The translations under genes and the position numbers were made by a program. From positions 11,311,569 through 11,375,568 of the forward strand of contig NC_057718.1 in assembly GCF_004010195.1 (NCBI RefSeq): 64,000 nucleotides of DNA, written 5' to 3'. Every line of letters starts with the position of its first letter. The stretch's first letter is position 1. The notes under the pieces are model-generated. The model did not search any database. It was not told the DNA's origin and saw only the letters and a list, made by a program, of their open reading frames with translations. Source of the stretch: Chiloscyllium plagiosum. Its lineage: Eukaryota. Positions 23,597 through 35,980 of the stretch are shown piece after piece.

Positions 23597-24231
23597 CTGA
23601 CTTTCTTTCTGCCTGTTACTTCTCCTTCTTTTTTGGAACACTGCCTAGTTTCCCTCAGATTCTTACACAGACTGATAGATTCATCCTGAGATAATTGTAA
23701 TTCTTGTAACATTCAGAGTGCACTGATTCCGGGGGATTCGGAGAATGTAATGTTTTCTGGAGAGACCGTCACCGAGGGAACCGGAATGTTGATTTAGAAC
23801 AGAGGCATTCTCTTATTTGAGAGAAAACCCAATTCTTTCTATGGCAGGTTTCCATCAATATTAGATAAAAGCTGGAAACCAGTGAAATATTTACTGCAGA
23901 ACATGTTATTTTCTGTGAGCATTTTTTTTCTCTGCTCATTCCTGTTATTCTTTTCCGTTTAGATTTTCAGCTTAAAACAGATGTTATGATACAACGCGAC
24001 AGACCCATCTTCAATCTGCCTCAGCATGATGTGTGCTTTGACAGTATCTCCTCACCATCCCCCCAAAATACCCTCAAATAAAAAGACCAACAGGAGCAGA
24101 GAGGAATTCTGGAGAGTTAAATTAAAGGAGGTTTCACAGGAGGACTGGATATATATTTGAAAATGATGAAGTTAGAAGGCTACGGAAATAGGAATCGGAG
24201 AGTGGGATCAGCCGGGTAGCTCTTTCGGAGT

Positions 24232-24675
24232 ACAGACACAATGAGTGCAAATAGAATATTGTCCTTCATTGCGAAGGGGATTGAGTTTAAAAGCAGGGAG
24301 GTTATGTTGCAGCTGTATAAAGTGCTGGTGAGGCCACATCTGGAGCACTGCAATGCAGTTTTGATCTCCTGAATTGAAAAAGAATGTATTGGCACTAGAG
24401 GGAGTGCAGAGGAGGTTCACTAGGTTGGTTCTGGAGTTGAGGGGGTTGTTATGAGGGAGACTGAGTAAACTGGGATTATAATCATTGGAATTTAGAAAAA
24501 TGAGGGGTGATCCTTATAGAGATAGATACAATTATGAAATAAATTGATAAGATAGAAGTAGCGACGTTGTTTCCACTGGTGGGGGAAACTAGAACTCGGG
24601 GCCATCGCCTCAAAATAAGGGGGATGGGCCGAATGGCCTACTCCTGCTTCTTTTTTTATGTTCTTGGTTCTTTAT
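24232..24675 (+). mobile_element. CR1 LINE 3' fragment
   Basis: ctgtataaagtgctggtgaggccacatctggagcactgc = LYKVLVRPHLEHC. Confidence 0.85.
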
Positions 24676-24719
24676 GAGTTGAATGGTCTCCTACTGTACT
24701 GTAAAATCCTATGATTCTA

Positions 24720-25450
24720 TAACCAAGGAGTAGGAGTGAGAGTGTAGAACTCACTATCAGACAGAGTGGTTGGATTAAATTCCCCACTATCAACATCCTG
24801 AGGCTTAACATTGATCAGAAAATGAACAGGACTAGTTATTAAAGTACTGGCTACAAGAATCCTGCAGTGAGTAACCACTTCCGGTCTCCCCAAAGCCTGT
24901 CCACCATTGACAAGGCCCAAGTCAGGAGTGTGATGGAATACTCCCCACTTGCCTGAGTGGGTGCAGCTCCAAAAACACTTAAGTAGTTTTACACCTTAAA
25001 CACTTACACCAAAAACACTTAAGTAGTTAGGACAAAGCAGCCGTTTGATTGGCATCACATCTACAAACATCCACTCCCTCCACCACCAATGCTCAGTAGC
25101 AGCAGTGTGTACTAGCTACAAGATGCACTGTAGAAATTCACCAAAGATCCTAAGGCAGCATTTTCCAAATCCAGGACCATTTCCATCTCAAAGGACAAGG
25201 GCAGCGGATAGATGGGGACACCACCCCCTGCAATTTTCCTTCCAAGCAACTCTACCATCCTGACTTGGAAATGTATTGCCATTCCTTCACTGTCGTTGGG
25301 ACAAAATTCTGGAATTCCCTCCCTAATGGCACTGTGTAAATACACCGAATGGACTACAGCTGTTAAAGAAGGCAGTTCACTACCACCTTCTCAATGGCAA
25401 TGACTGCTAGCCCAGGCAATGATGCCCACACCCTATAAGAGAATGAAACA
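24720..25450 (+). mobile_element. CR1/L2-group LINE 3' fragment
   Basis: caaggcccaagtcaggagtgtgatggaatactccccacttgcc (KAQVRSVMEYSPLA). Confidence 0.85.
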
Positions 25451-25653
25451 AATCACGTTGGCGTTTCGGGGAGGACTTGAGGCACAGTGGGTTGCACTTC
25501 CCCTCCTCTGAGCCAGGAACTCCAGGTTTGAGTCACACTCCAGGATTTTGTGGCCACAGAGGGGTGTTTGTCATGTGAGCACCAACTTGTGATTCCTTTC
25601 AACAATGTCTTTGGGTGGTTTAATCTGTAAGAAATGCAATGTGAAGACTGTTA

Positions 25654-25968
25654 GATTAGATTAGATTACATTACAGTGTGGAAACAGGCCCTTCGGCCCA
25701 ACAAGTCCACATTGACCCGCCGAAGCGTGACCCACCCATACCCCTACATGTACCCCTTACCTAACACTACGGGCAATTTAGCATGGCCAATTCATCTGAC
25801 CTGCACATCTTTGGACTGTGGGAGGAAACCGGAGTACCTGGACGAAACCCACGCAGACACGGGGAGAATGTGCAAACTCCACACAGTCAGCCGCCTGAGG
25901 CGGAAATTGAACCCGGGTCTCTGGCGCTGTGAGGCAGCAGTGCTAACCACTGTGCCACCGTGCCGCCC
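25654..25968 (-). mobile_element. HE1 SINE, full length, young
   Basis: Highly similar to 5282-5587. Confidence 0.93.
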
Positions 25969-26308
25969 ACTGTTGAAGAACAATTATTCATTGTTATCAA
26001 AAACTGAGCATGTTTTTATAACTCAGACTCCCTGATAAATACATGATGAAGAAGGAAGCCGGGGGCTATACTGTTTTGTTTTAATGGGATCGGAGGAGGC
26101 TTTGGGGACTCTTCCTGCTCCTAAATTGTTTATTTTGACACTGTGCAATACTGGCTCATTGGGCCATAGACTTGTCTTTGTGCTGTAGATTCTATCCAAT
26201 GTTTTATTTGACTTCAAAAGGTAGCAAAACAAGTTAGACTTTGCCCCACAGGAATGAGGTATTTTTGAAATGTTGTTTTAAAGATAAACAGACCATAGTG
26301 TAGTAGTA

Positions 26309-26450
26309 CAGAGAACCTCGATTATCCGGCAAGATTGCAAAGTCTCAATGCTCGGCTAAACTAAGTTATCCGGCATTTGATTATCCAGCATTCGATTAAC
26401 CAAGTGAAATACTCCCCACCCATGTCCTTCGGATAATCGAGGTCCCTCTA
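26309..26450. mobile_element. pogo/Tigger-type MITE
   Basis: Terminal inverted repeats cagagaacctcgattatccg / cggataatcgaggtccctct, TA on both sides, internal repeats of gattatccg. Confidence 0.8.
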
Positions 26451-26464
26451 TACGTCACTGGAGT

Positions 26465-26817
26465 GCCATGATGGCTCATTGCTAGGCACTGCAGCTTCAC
26501 AGGGCCAGGGACCTGGCTTCGATTCCAGCTTCAGGTGACTGTCTGTGTGGACTTTGCGCATTCTCCCCGTGTCTGTGTGGAACCCCTCCAGGTGCTCTGT
26601 TATCCACCCACAGTCACAAAGATGTGCATCGATTGATTGGCTGTGCTAACTTGCCCCATGGTATCCAGGGGTGTGTGGATTAGGTGGATTAGCCATGGGA
26701 AATGCAGGCTTACAGGGACAGGGTAGTGGTGTATGTCTGGATGGGATGCTGTTCAGAGGGTGGGCATGGACTTGTTGGGCACAATGGTCTGTTTCTACAT
26801 TGTGGGGATTCTATGAT
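26465..26817 (+). mobile_element. HE1-type SINE, older
   Basis: Diverged head, V-core and tail. Confidence 0.85.
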
Positions 26818-27019
26818 CCCAAATCAGACAGGCCTGTAGCTTTAGGACAGTGACATGACACCATGGCATGTGATGTTTTGGTATAAATGAACCCCTCTGA
26901 CTATCAATCCCTCTCTCTGAATCACAGAGTCAAGTTCTGTGGGTGTGATATACAGCAACATCAGTAAGCACAGAGCCTCCACGATGGCTGTAAGTCTGTG
27001 ATATCATAGACATAACAAA

Positions 27020-27520
27020 AGAATCCACACATTGTGGAAACAAGCCCTTTGGCCCAACAAGTCCACACTGACCCTCTGAAGAGTAACCCACCCAGACCCA
27101 TTATGGGGCGGCATGGTGGTTCAGTGGTTAGCACTGCTGCATCACAGCACCAGGGATAAGGGTTTGAATGCAGTCTTGGGCAACTATCTGTGTTGAGTTT
27201 GCACATTCTCCCAGTGTCTGCGTAGGTTTCCACTGGGTGCTCCGGTTTCCTCTCACAGTCCAAAGATGTGCAGGTTGGGTGAATTGGCCATGCTAAGTTG
27301 CCCGTAGTGTTAGGTGCATTAGTCAGGGGTAAATGTAGGGGTATGAGTCTGGGTGGGTTACTCTTTGGCGGGTCGGTGTGGGCCGAAGGGCCTGTTTCCA
27401 CGCTGTAGGGAATCTAATCTAATCATTCCTTATAATCCCATATTTACCCCTGACCAATGCACCTTAACCTACACATCCCTGAACACTCTGGGCAATTTAG
27501 CAATTCACCCAGCCTGCAGT
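27020..27520. mobile_element. HE1 SINE (+, about 27105-27424) nested in an older HE1 (-)
   Basis: Minus-strand tail 27020-27101 resumes at about 27426-27518. Confidence 0.85.
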
Positions 27521-27774
27521 TCCTTCTCAACAGGAACTACTGAAAATCATAAAGTGCATTTTGCTCCAATGATAGTGGAGTAAGTGTGCACTAAATATGT
27601 GTCCTGATGTCTAGTTAGTGGCAGTAATGAGCACAGTACAGCCTGGAAAAGTGGCAGCAGTGTCACAGGCGTGAAAAGTCTTTTTTTCCACCTCTTTCTC
27701 TTTCGAACAAAAATAGTTAAAAGCGTTGATGCACCCTCCCAATTTAAGAACAATGTACAAAAGGAAAGATAGAA

Positions 27775-27990
27775 CTAAAAAACAAAAGAACTGTGGATGC
27801 TGGAAGTCAGAAGTGAGAACAGAAATTGCTGGAAAAGCTCAGCAGGTCTGGCTGCATCTGTGGAGAGAAATCAGAGTTAACATTTCAGATTAAGTGAGGA
27901 GGGTCACTGGACACAAAACATTAACTCTGATTTCTCTGCACAGATACTGCCAGACCTGCTGAGCTTTTCCAGCAATTGCTGTTTTGGTTT
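27775..27990. mobile_element. Family C fold-back mini-element
   Basis: Arms aattgctggaaaagctcagcaggtctgg / ccagacctgctgagcttttccagcaatt; decayed core gtgaggagggtcactggacacaaaacatt. Confidence 0.85.
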
Positions 27991-28024
27991 GAGTAAGACA
28001 GAATAAAATGATTTCTAGACTTAC

Positions 28025-28093
28025 CTGGAGGCCTTAGCTATGTCTGAACTTGGTTGATTCTTCCATTTTATTTCTGTGAAACTGAGAGAAAGT
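28025..28093 (-). other. Candidate 69-nt exon
   Basis: ttttatttcag|ACTTTC...GCCTCCAG|gtaagt; only the phase-2 frame is open (LSLSFTEIKWKNQPSSDIAKAS). Confidence 0.3.
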
Positions 28094-28228
28094 CTGAAAT
28101 AAAATGTCAATACTGTGGCTTCCTTCTTGATGTGAATGCCACCCTCTGGCAAAAGCATGAAGCTTTAGAAGAGGCAGACATTCTTAAAGTTGCAAATAAC
28201 AGAAAATAAGATTTAATGCAAACGATTA

Positions 28229-28549
28229 GGTGGCGCGGTGGCTCAGTATTTAGCACAGATGCCTCACAGCACCGGGAACCTGGGTTCAATTTTCACCTTG
28301 GGTGACTGTCTGTGTGGAGTTTGCATGTTCTCCCCGTGTCTGCGTGGGTTTCCTCCGGGTGCTCCGGTTTCCTCCCACAATCCAAAGATGTGCAGGTCAG
28401 GTGAATTGGCCATGCTAAATTGTTTGTAGTATTCAGGGTAAATGTAAGGGAATGGGTCTGGGTGGGTTACTCTTTGGAGGGCCGGTGTGGACTTGTTGGG
28501 CTGAAGGGCCTGTTTCCATGCTGTGGGAAATCTAATCTAATCTAATCTA
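28229..28549 (+). mobile_element. HE1 SINE
   Basis: Full length with (taatc)n tail. Confidence 0.92.
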
Positions 28550-28834
28550 AAAAAATCTACATTGCAAGATATATTTTTGTTTGCAATTCCTAAAGGGCAT
28601 GAAGTTATACAAACAGATGGAAAGCAACATCACACCATGGATTGGAAACCATTCTGTCAGACTTCAGTTGTTTAAAGAAAGAACCAAGCTTTATGGAACA
28701 GTAGATAACTGGCAAAGAATATTAGGTAGCCAAACCTCACCTCACTTTGACCACTGAAGGGTTAAGAAGAATAAAATAATCTGGGATTTCAGAATATGCC
28801 CATCCCACAAAGATCCTGACAATAATTTTCAGAT

Positions 28835-28938
28835 TCAAAGAGTGTGGTGCTGGAAAAGCACAGCAGGTCAGGCAGTACCTGAAGAGCAGGAGAATCAATG
28901 TTTCGGGCATAAGCCATTTATCAGGAATCTTTCTCAGG
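28835..28938 (-). mobile_element. Family A single-arm mini-insertion
   Basis: TSD aataattttcagat at 28821-28834 and 28939-28952; core decayed. Confidence 0.85.
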
Positions 28939-29302
28939 AATAATTTTCAGATGTAGATTAAAATTGACTTAAATTTAAATCAATTCCAGGATTCGTGGGC
29001 TTGAGATTATGTCATACTGCCAACAGTCAGGTGAAACAACTGAGTAATGTAGGCAGGGGTCAACACAGAGCTATGGAATGTGATGTCTCTGAAGTTAACT
29101 GAGGGTCTTATGGAACTGCTCACTGCCTCTATACCCATTCGGTGTGTACTCTGCACATGCACAAAAAAGCACTCTGGGCAAATTCAAAGAATATACTATT
29201 ATACCAGGTCAAAGCTTGAAACTATTGTAGCATCTGCAAGTGTTTGACTCTGAATCAATTACTACAGCTATCATTCAGTAGAGCATCCAAATCTGGTCTG
29301 AG

Positions 29303-29512
29303 ATAGTCACAGAGATGTACAGCATGGAAACATTTGATCCAGCCCGTCCCTGTCGACCAGATATCCTAAATTAATCCAGTCCCATTTGACAACATTTGGC
29401 CCATTTTCTTCCAAACCCTTCCTAATCATATACCCATCCAGATGTTTTTTAAAGTGTTGTAATTGTACCAGCCTCCACCACTTCCTCTGACAGCTCATTC
29501 CATACACGCACC
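29303..29512 (-). mobile_element. CR1 (HER1-like) 3' tail
   Basis: Reverse complement of the sequence type at 42040-42238. Confidence 0.88.
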
Positions 29513-30014
29513 CACTGGGTTTGTGGCTTCTCTCACCACCGAGGCAATGTCCAGCATTTTCTGACACATGCAAGCTGGTGTTCCACAAGAGGGCAGTGGG
29601 ATAAAATGTGTGGGAAGGTCAGTCAGCCAGAGAAACCCAAAGTACAATACAATCCATCAGTTCAAAGGCTCATCCTCAGGGCACTGACTTCAACAAGGGA
29701 GCACTCCCTCGGTACAGTGACAAATGTATGTAAAAAAAAAACAGTTCTTTGGTGTTAAAGACCAATGCCTAAAACACTTGAACATAAAACAATAGAGTGA
29801 ACAACATGGCAAATAGATTATATGAATGGGAAGTTGATGTGAAAGTAAAGCAATCAGTTTCTCAACAACAGGTTACTGTGGAACGACAGTATTTTGATTT
29901 AAGGGAAAAATACATTTCCACAGATGCTGCTGGGTCTTTAGCCATTTTTCTAGCACTTCCTGTTTTTATTTCAGAATTCCAGCGTCTGCAGTGTTTTATT
30001 TTTTAATGAGGAAG

Positions 30015-31047
30015 TGTGACAATGCTGTGGCTTTAAGATATGTGTTTTGTGTTGGCTTCTTTTCGAGAGAGATTGGGAGACAGGTGCTGAGCAGTCTATG
30101 AGAAGTGAAAACAACTTTTGAAGCCTTTGGTGTTTTCTTAAAGTTAGAACAATAGAAGCACGAGTGGGTGGAAGCGCACACACACACACACTCAGACACA
30201 CTCACACACACATACACACACACATATACACACTCACTCACACACACTCTCACACTCTCACACACAACTAGGATTTTGCAAGTTTTGTTTTAGTTAGTTT
30301 GTGGGTGTGAGTTGAGATTGTGGAAGGAAAAGACCTTTTCTGTCCGTCTGTCTGTCTGTCTCTTTCCCCTCTTTTTCCACTCTCACTCTCACTCTGGGGA
30401 ACTGCTGCATGGAGCTGTGATAATCTGTTTTCTGACTTTGCCTTTGCCAAGGGTATGTTGAGGGATGCTACTATATATTACAGCAGTTACTGTTCAGTAC
30501 TAAAATAATCTATTATTTTGTTAAGTTTTCTAGTGGAGTTAAATTATTCCAAGTTCCTCTTTCTGTTGTTGTATTTTAACAATAGCATTTGAATAAATTG
30601 TGTTTTGCTTACAAGTGAGCAGTTTGACCAATCAAATTGCATCTGGAACACAGCACTTGGCATTTACCTGTAAAATAGGAAAAAAAAATAATGTCCAGGC
30701 TACCTTGTTAATATATTTTGAGAAGGGGGTCTGGTCTGGGCACCATGGTGGCTCAGTTGTTTAGCACTGCTGCCTCACAGTGCCAGGGACTCGGGTTCGA
30801 TTCCAGCCTCGGGTGACTGCCAGTGTGGAGTTTGTACATTCTTCCCGTGTCTGTGTTGGTTTTGCTCCGGTTTCCTCCCACAATCCAAAGATGTACAGGC
30901 CAGGTGAATTGACCATACTAAACATGCCCATAGTGTCAGGTGCGTTAGGGAATGGGTCTGGGTGGGTGATTCTTTGGAGGGTTGGCGTGGACTTGTTGGG
31001 CCGAAGGGCCTGTTTCCATGCTGTAGGGAATCTAATCTAATCTAACA
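30015..31047 (+). mobile_element. Solo LTR with internal (CA)n and an HE1 insertion
   Basis: Starts tgtgacaat, ends taaca, flanked by ggaag on both sides (30010-30014, 31048-31052). Shares gcctttgccaagggt and caatcaaattgca with 13898-14525. Confidence 0.78.
30740..31044 (+). mobile_element. HE1 SINE
   Basis: Head, core and (taatc)n tail. Confidence 0.9.
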
Positions 31048-31214
31048 GGAAGATGGTTACGTGGAGAGGGTTTAATCACGTGAGGGGGCTTGTGGGGAAG
31101 ATAAACAAAGACTAGCAATGTGGTGATGAGTATCCAGTTAGCCATCGTTTCCATTGTCCACCTCGCTTCCACTCTCACTATCCTGTCCTTTTCCCAGTCC
31201 TGTGTTCCACAGAA

Positions 31215-31335
31215 ACCCGACCACCTGATGAAGGAGCAGCGCTCCGAAAGCTAGTGCTTCCGAATAAACCTGTTGGACTAAAACCTGGTGTTGTGTGATT
31301 TTTAATTTTGTCCACCCCAGTACCTGCAAATTATG
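31215..31335 (+). mobile_element. PLE terminal repeat family B
   Basis: aataaacctgttggact..aacctggtgttgtgtgatttttaa, as in 11020-11070. Confidence 0.85.
31222..31256 (+). ncRNA. Minimal type-I hammerhead ribozyme motif (family B), core intact
   Basis: CAC-CTGATGA-A-GGAGC-AGC-GCTCC-GAAA-GCTA-GTG: stem I CAC/GTG, stem II GGAGC/GCTCC, palindromic AGCT stem III; predicted cut after 31253. Confidence 0.75.
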
Positions 31336-31683
31336 ACAGCCCAAAGAATGGCATCCCATCCTCCAGCATTGAGTTCAGCAATTTCCAATGATTTTGTTTC
31401 TTTTATGCAAGTTTTACTTTAAACTTGTTTCAATCCTGATGTTGTTGTTTACCATGCTGACACTCACACCTCCTCTGTACACATCCTTTGTTTATATATC
31501 CCATTATCACACCTCCTGCTTTGACTCTGCATCCAGCAACTCATTCATCATCTCCCTGCCTTCCACTTTACTCTTCCCTTTTGTTAAGTTTTCCATCCTG
31601 CACTCTTTCACTTGTGTAATACTTATGACAGTTCCCCATTACGCTGAAGGATCAGTAACATAGCTCCAGACTCCACTTATTAA

Positions 31684-31997
31684 ATTAGATTCCCTACAGT
31701 GTGGAAACAGGCCCTTCGGCCCAACAAGTCCACACCGATCCTCCAAAGAGCAATCCACCCAGATCCATTCCCCTACATTTACCCCAGACTAATGCACCTA
31801 ACACTACGGGCAATTTAGCATGGCCAACTCACCTAACCTGCACATCTTTGGACTGTGGGAGGAAACCGGAGCACCCAGAGGAAACCCACACAGACACAGG
31901 GAGAATGTGTAAACGCCACACAGACAGTTGTCCAAGTGGGAATTGAACCTGGGTCCCTGGCGCTTTGAGGCAGCAGTGCTAACCACTGAGCCACCGT
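31684..31997 (-). mobile_element. HE1 SINE
   Basis: Full length. Confidence 0.92.
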
Positions 31998-32336
31998 GGT
32001 ATTGCTAAATATTTCGGAGAATGCTTTAAAAAGCAGCTACCTTTTAAAAGCATGAAATCAGGAATAAGAAAGTCATATGGTAGAACTTAAAAAAAAAGGA
32101 AACTTTAGAAATCCTATGCACTTTCTGAGGAATTTAATAAAGTGCTTCAGACATGCAGAATTCTATTTTCTTTCTTTATCTGTTTTCTGGGCCTAAACCT
32201 TGTGGGATATGTGGGCAAAAATCCATTTTTAAATCCAGTTAAGTAGCTTTCTTTGCCTTATGCCCACTCAAACACCTCTGAACCTCATTAAATAAATCAC
32301 GTGAGTTTGTCAAATGTAACCCTTCGCTGTTAAGCC

Positions 32337-33410
32337 TCATAACTCATGTGAACAGTGTGTAAGTCACACACACAGACACAGATAACACACAGGGACAACA
32401 CACACACACACAGACACAGATAACTCATGTGAACAGTGTGTAAGTCACACACACAGACGCAGATAACACACAGGGACAATACACATACACACACAGACAC
32501 AGATAACTCATGCAAACAGTGTGTAATTCACACACACAGACACAGATAACACACAGGGACAATACACACACACACACACACAGACACACATAACTCATGT
32601 GAACAGTGTGTAAGTCACACACACAGACACAGATAACACACAGGGACAACACACACACAGACACACATAACTCATGTGAACAGTGTGTAAGTCACACACA
32701 CAGACACAGATAACACACAGGGACATCACACATACACACACAGACACACATAACTCGTGTACAGTGTGTAAGTCACAGACACAGATAACACACAGGGACA
32801 ACACAGACACACATAACTTGTGTACAGTATGTAAGTCACACACACAGACAGAGATATAACACACAGGGCCAACACACACACACACACACAGACACACATC
32901 ACTCACGTGTACAGTGTGTAAGTCTCATACAGACACAGCTAACACATAGGGACAACACAGACACACATAACTCGTGTACAGTGTGTAAGTCACACACAGA
33001 GACAGAGATATAACACGCAGGGCCAACACACACACACACACACACACACATAACTCATGTGTACAGTGTGTAAGTCACACACACACTCAGACACAGATAA
33101 CACACAGACAACACACACATAACTCATGTGTACAGTGTATAACTCACACACAGACACAGATAACACACAGGGCCAACACACACACACACACAGACACACA
33201 TAACTCACGTGTACAGTGTGTAAGTCACACACACACACAGACACACATAACACACAGGGACAACACACACACAGACACACATAACTCATGTATAGTGTGT
33301 AAATCACACACACACAGACACAGATAACACACAGGGACAACACACACACATAACTCATGTGTACAGTGTTTAACTCACACACAGACACAGATAACACACA
33401 GGGCTAGCAT
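32337..33410. repeat. CA-rich minisatellite, unit about 60-85 bp
   Basis: Repeating cataactcatgtg(a/t)acagtgtgtaagtcacac...agataacacacagggacaacac with variable (CA)n. Confidence 0.95.
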
Positions 33411-33860
33411 ACACACATCCACACACACAGGCACACATAACACACTGAGAAACACACACAAACACATGTGTGCACGCACACATTCATATGCACAGGGACA
33501 CACATCCATATGCATGCACACATGCGTGCACACACACACATTCACAAACAAACATACACACACAGAGTCACACACACACGCACACACAATTATACACAGA
33601 ACACACGCGTACAGATACATGCATACATAACATATACACATACAGAGACACACAGGGACATATGCATACATAACACACAGAGACANNNNNNNNNNNNNNN
33701 NNNNNNNNNNNNNNNNNNNNNNNNNNNNNNNNNNNNNNNNNNNNNNNNNNNNNNNNNNNNNNNNNNNNNNNNNNNNNNNNNNNNNNNNNNNNNNNNNACA
33801 TAACACACAGAGACACACACACACACAAAGCACAGAGACACACACATTACACACACACAC
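33411..33860. repeat. Degenerate (CA)n region spanning a gap
   Basis: CA-rich low complexity. Confidence 0.9.
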
Positions 33861-34429
33861 TACAGGCCATTCTGCAGTCACGTTTCACACCCACCCTTTC
33901 AGTGTGTAACAACTCTTCCCTCCCCCGCAACCCCCCCTCCCCCACGTTCCAGTGTGGTGGTTTGTGCAGCTTTAACACTGATTAGGCAGTGATGGGTGAG
34001 GTAATGTGTTTGGACAGGTTGTATTATCTCATATGGAAAGTCTCAACAGTCAGTACTCACAACCAGACAGGCAAGGAAAAACACCATTCCAGGGTGAATT
34101 CACTCAAGTTAAGTACGATGCATTTTGGAGGTGAAATGAGGAATAAATGAATGGTACATTTTTAAATAGTTAGGGAGAGGATGGGTGCAGGAGTAGCCAC
34201 ATCTGGGGTTAACCACACAAATCCTGAGAAGGCTGTTAATAAAACACATGACAAGATCCATTAATGGAGGAATAGGGTCTAAAAGCAAAGACGTTATGTT
34301 TTATCTTTCTAAAACTGGCTAGGCTTGAGCTGCAGCATTGTGTCTAATTCCAGACACCACAATTTAAGGAGGGGTCAGGCCTGGGAGAAGGTGAGGATTA
34401 GATGCATGGAGAACAGGTTTCAATCTAAT

Positions 34430-34835
34430 CCATTCCAGAACAAAACAGCCCCAAAGATCAGTTCCCTATCCGTCAACATAAACATTCACGCCCTCCACCG
34501 CTGTGGCAACATCTGTGAACCCTCGGTAAGATGTGCCAACAGTCCATCATCTAAATCCTCAACTCAAACCTGGAAGGACATGGGCAGCAGATAGATGGGA
34601 GTGCCACCACCTGCAAGTTCCTCTCCAAGTCACTTGCCATCCTGACTTGGAAATATATCATTGTTGCTACACTGTTGCTGAATCAAAATCCTGGAATTCC
34701 CTCCCTAAGGACATTGTGACTCCAGCAGTTCAAAAAGGCAGCTCACCCTCATCTTCCTAAGAGCAACTAGGGGCGGGCAATAAATGTTGGCCCAGTCAGC
34801 CACACCCACATGCCATGGAAGAATGTAGATAAAAA
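34430..34835 (+). mobile_element. CR1/L2-group LINE 3' end
   Basis: Homologous to 25030-25450; tail gcaactaggggcgggcaataaatgttggcccag. Confidence 0.8.
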
Positions 34836-35654
34836 AGCAAAGGATTTGCTGGCTGACTCCCAGGCAGCAGAATGGAGATACAGCGTGATTGACTCAGTTT
34901 GCTGTCACTATAACCGTCTAAGGGGCACAATAAAGCTGGAATCGGGGGAGTGGAGGCTTCCCAATGAACTGACAGCTCATAGACAGCTACAAAACATTGG
35001 CTAAACATCGACACAATCCAACAGATACATCACTGTGTTGGCACTATAGTTTGTTGGCTGTGGGACCGCAGTGGAGTACCAGCTACTTTCTTCTTCATTA
35101 CAGCACGCTGCGGAGATTGTGTAAGCCTGACTCCGTTGGCACACGGAATGGAAACAAAGCCTCTCTCCCTCCCTGTACCGATCTGCCCAGCTGTTTGCTG
35201 ATAGGTCCAAACGATAACATTTGGTGACGATCTGAGGGCTGGTCAAAGGTGACGGCATCTACAGTAACCATTGAGAAGTGAAGGTGTTCTCCAGCCCCTG
35301 GGTGTGACCCTCGATCCCACACTCACTCCCTGACGCGGTGCAGTGTGCGGAAAACCAGCCAGAATTCCCCAACTCCCAAAGCATCCAGCATTACGGAAGA
35401 GCTGATAGAGAAGTGATTCAGATTAGACTCTCGATCCTGGTGTAAGTGGGGAATGGTGCCCTTGGAATTGTGGGTCAGATGAAAGATGGAAAGATGTGAC
35501 AGCTGTTATATGATCATGGTTTTGGGCCTGGATGCTGAAGGCTCTTTGATGTCTCGGGAACCTGAGATGATTATGGATCAGCCCAAGCAACAAATTCCTT
35601 TGCCTCAATCAGTACTGTACTTGTGGAAATCCATGGAGTTTTTCCATTGTCTTG

Positions 35655-35980
35655 TAGGGTATGAGTGTCATTGGCTGAGCCAGCGTTTATTGTCCATCCC
35701 TAATAGCCCAGAGGGTTGTTAAGAATCAACCGCATTGCTGTGGGTCTGCAGTCACATTCAGGCCAGACCAGGTAAGGATGGCAGATTTCCTTCTCTAAAG
35801 GACATTGATGGGGTTTTCCCAGCAATCGACTCATGATCATCATTAACTTTATTCCAGATTCTTTACTGAATTCAAATTCCACCATCTCCCATGGCAGGAT
35901 TTGAACCCAGGTCCCCAGAACATTAGCTGAGTTGCTGGATTAGTTGCCTAGTGATAATATCACTTGGCCATTGCCTCCCC
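35655..35980 (-). mobile_element. DeuSINE-type (SacSINE1-like) SINE
   Basis: tRNA-like head on minus (gggaggcaatggccaagtg...gggttcaaatcc), central domain, LINE-like tail. Confidence 0.8.

Noticed and set aside
32337..33410. CRISPR-like array
   Set aside because: The spacers are (CA)n variants, not unique sequences; eukaryotic context with no cas genes.
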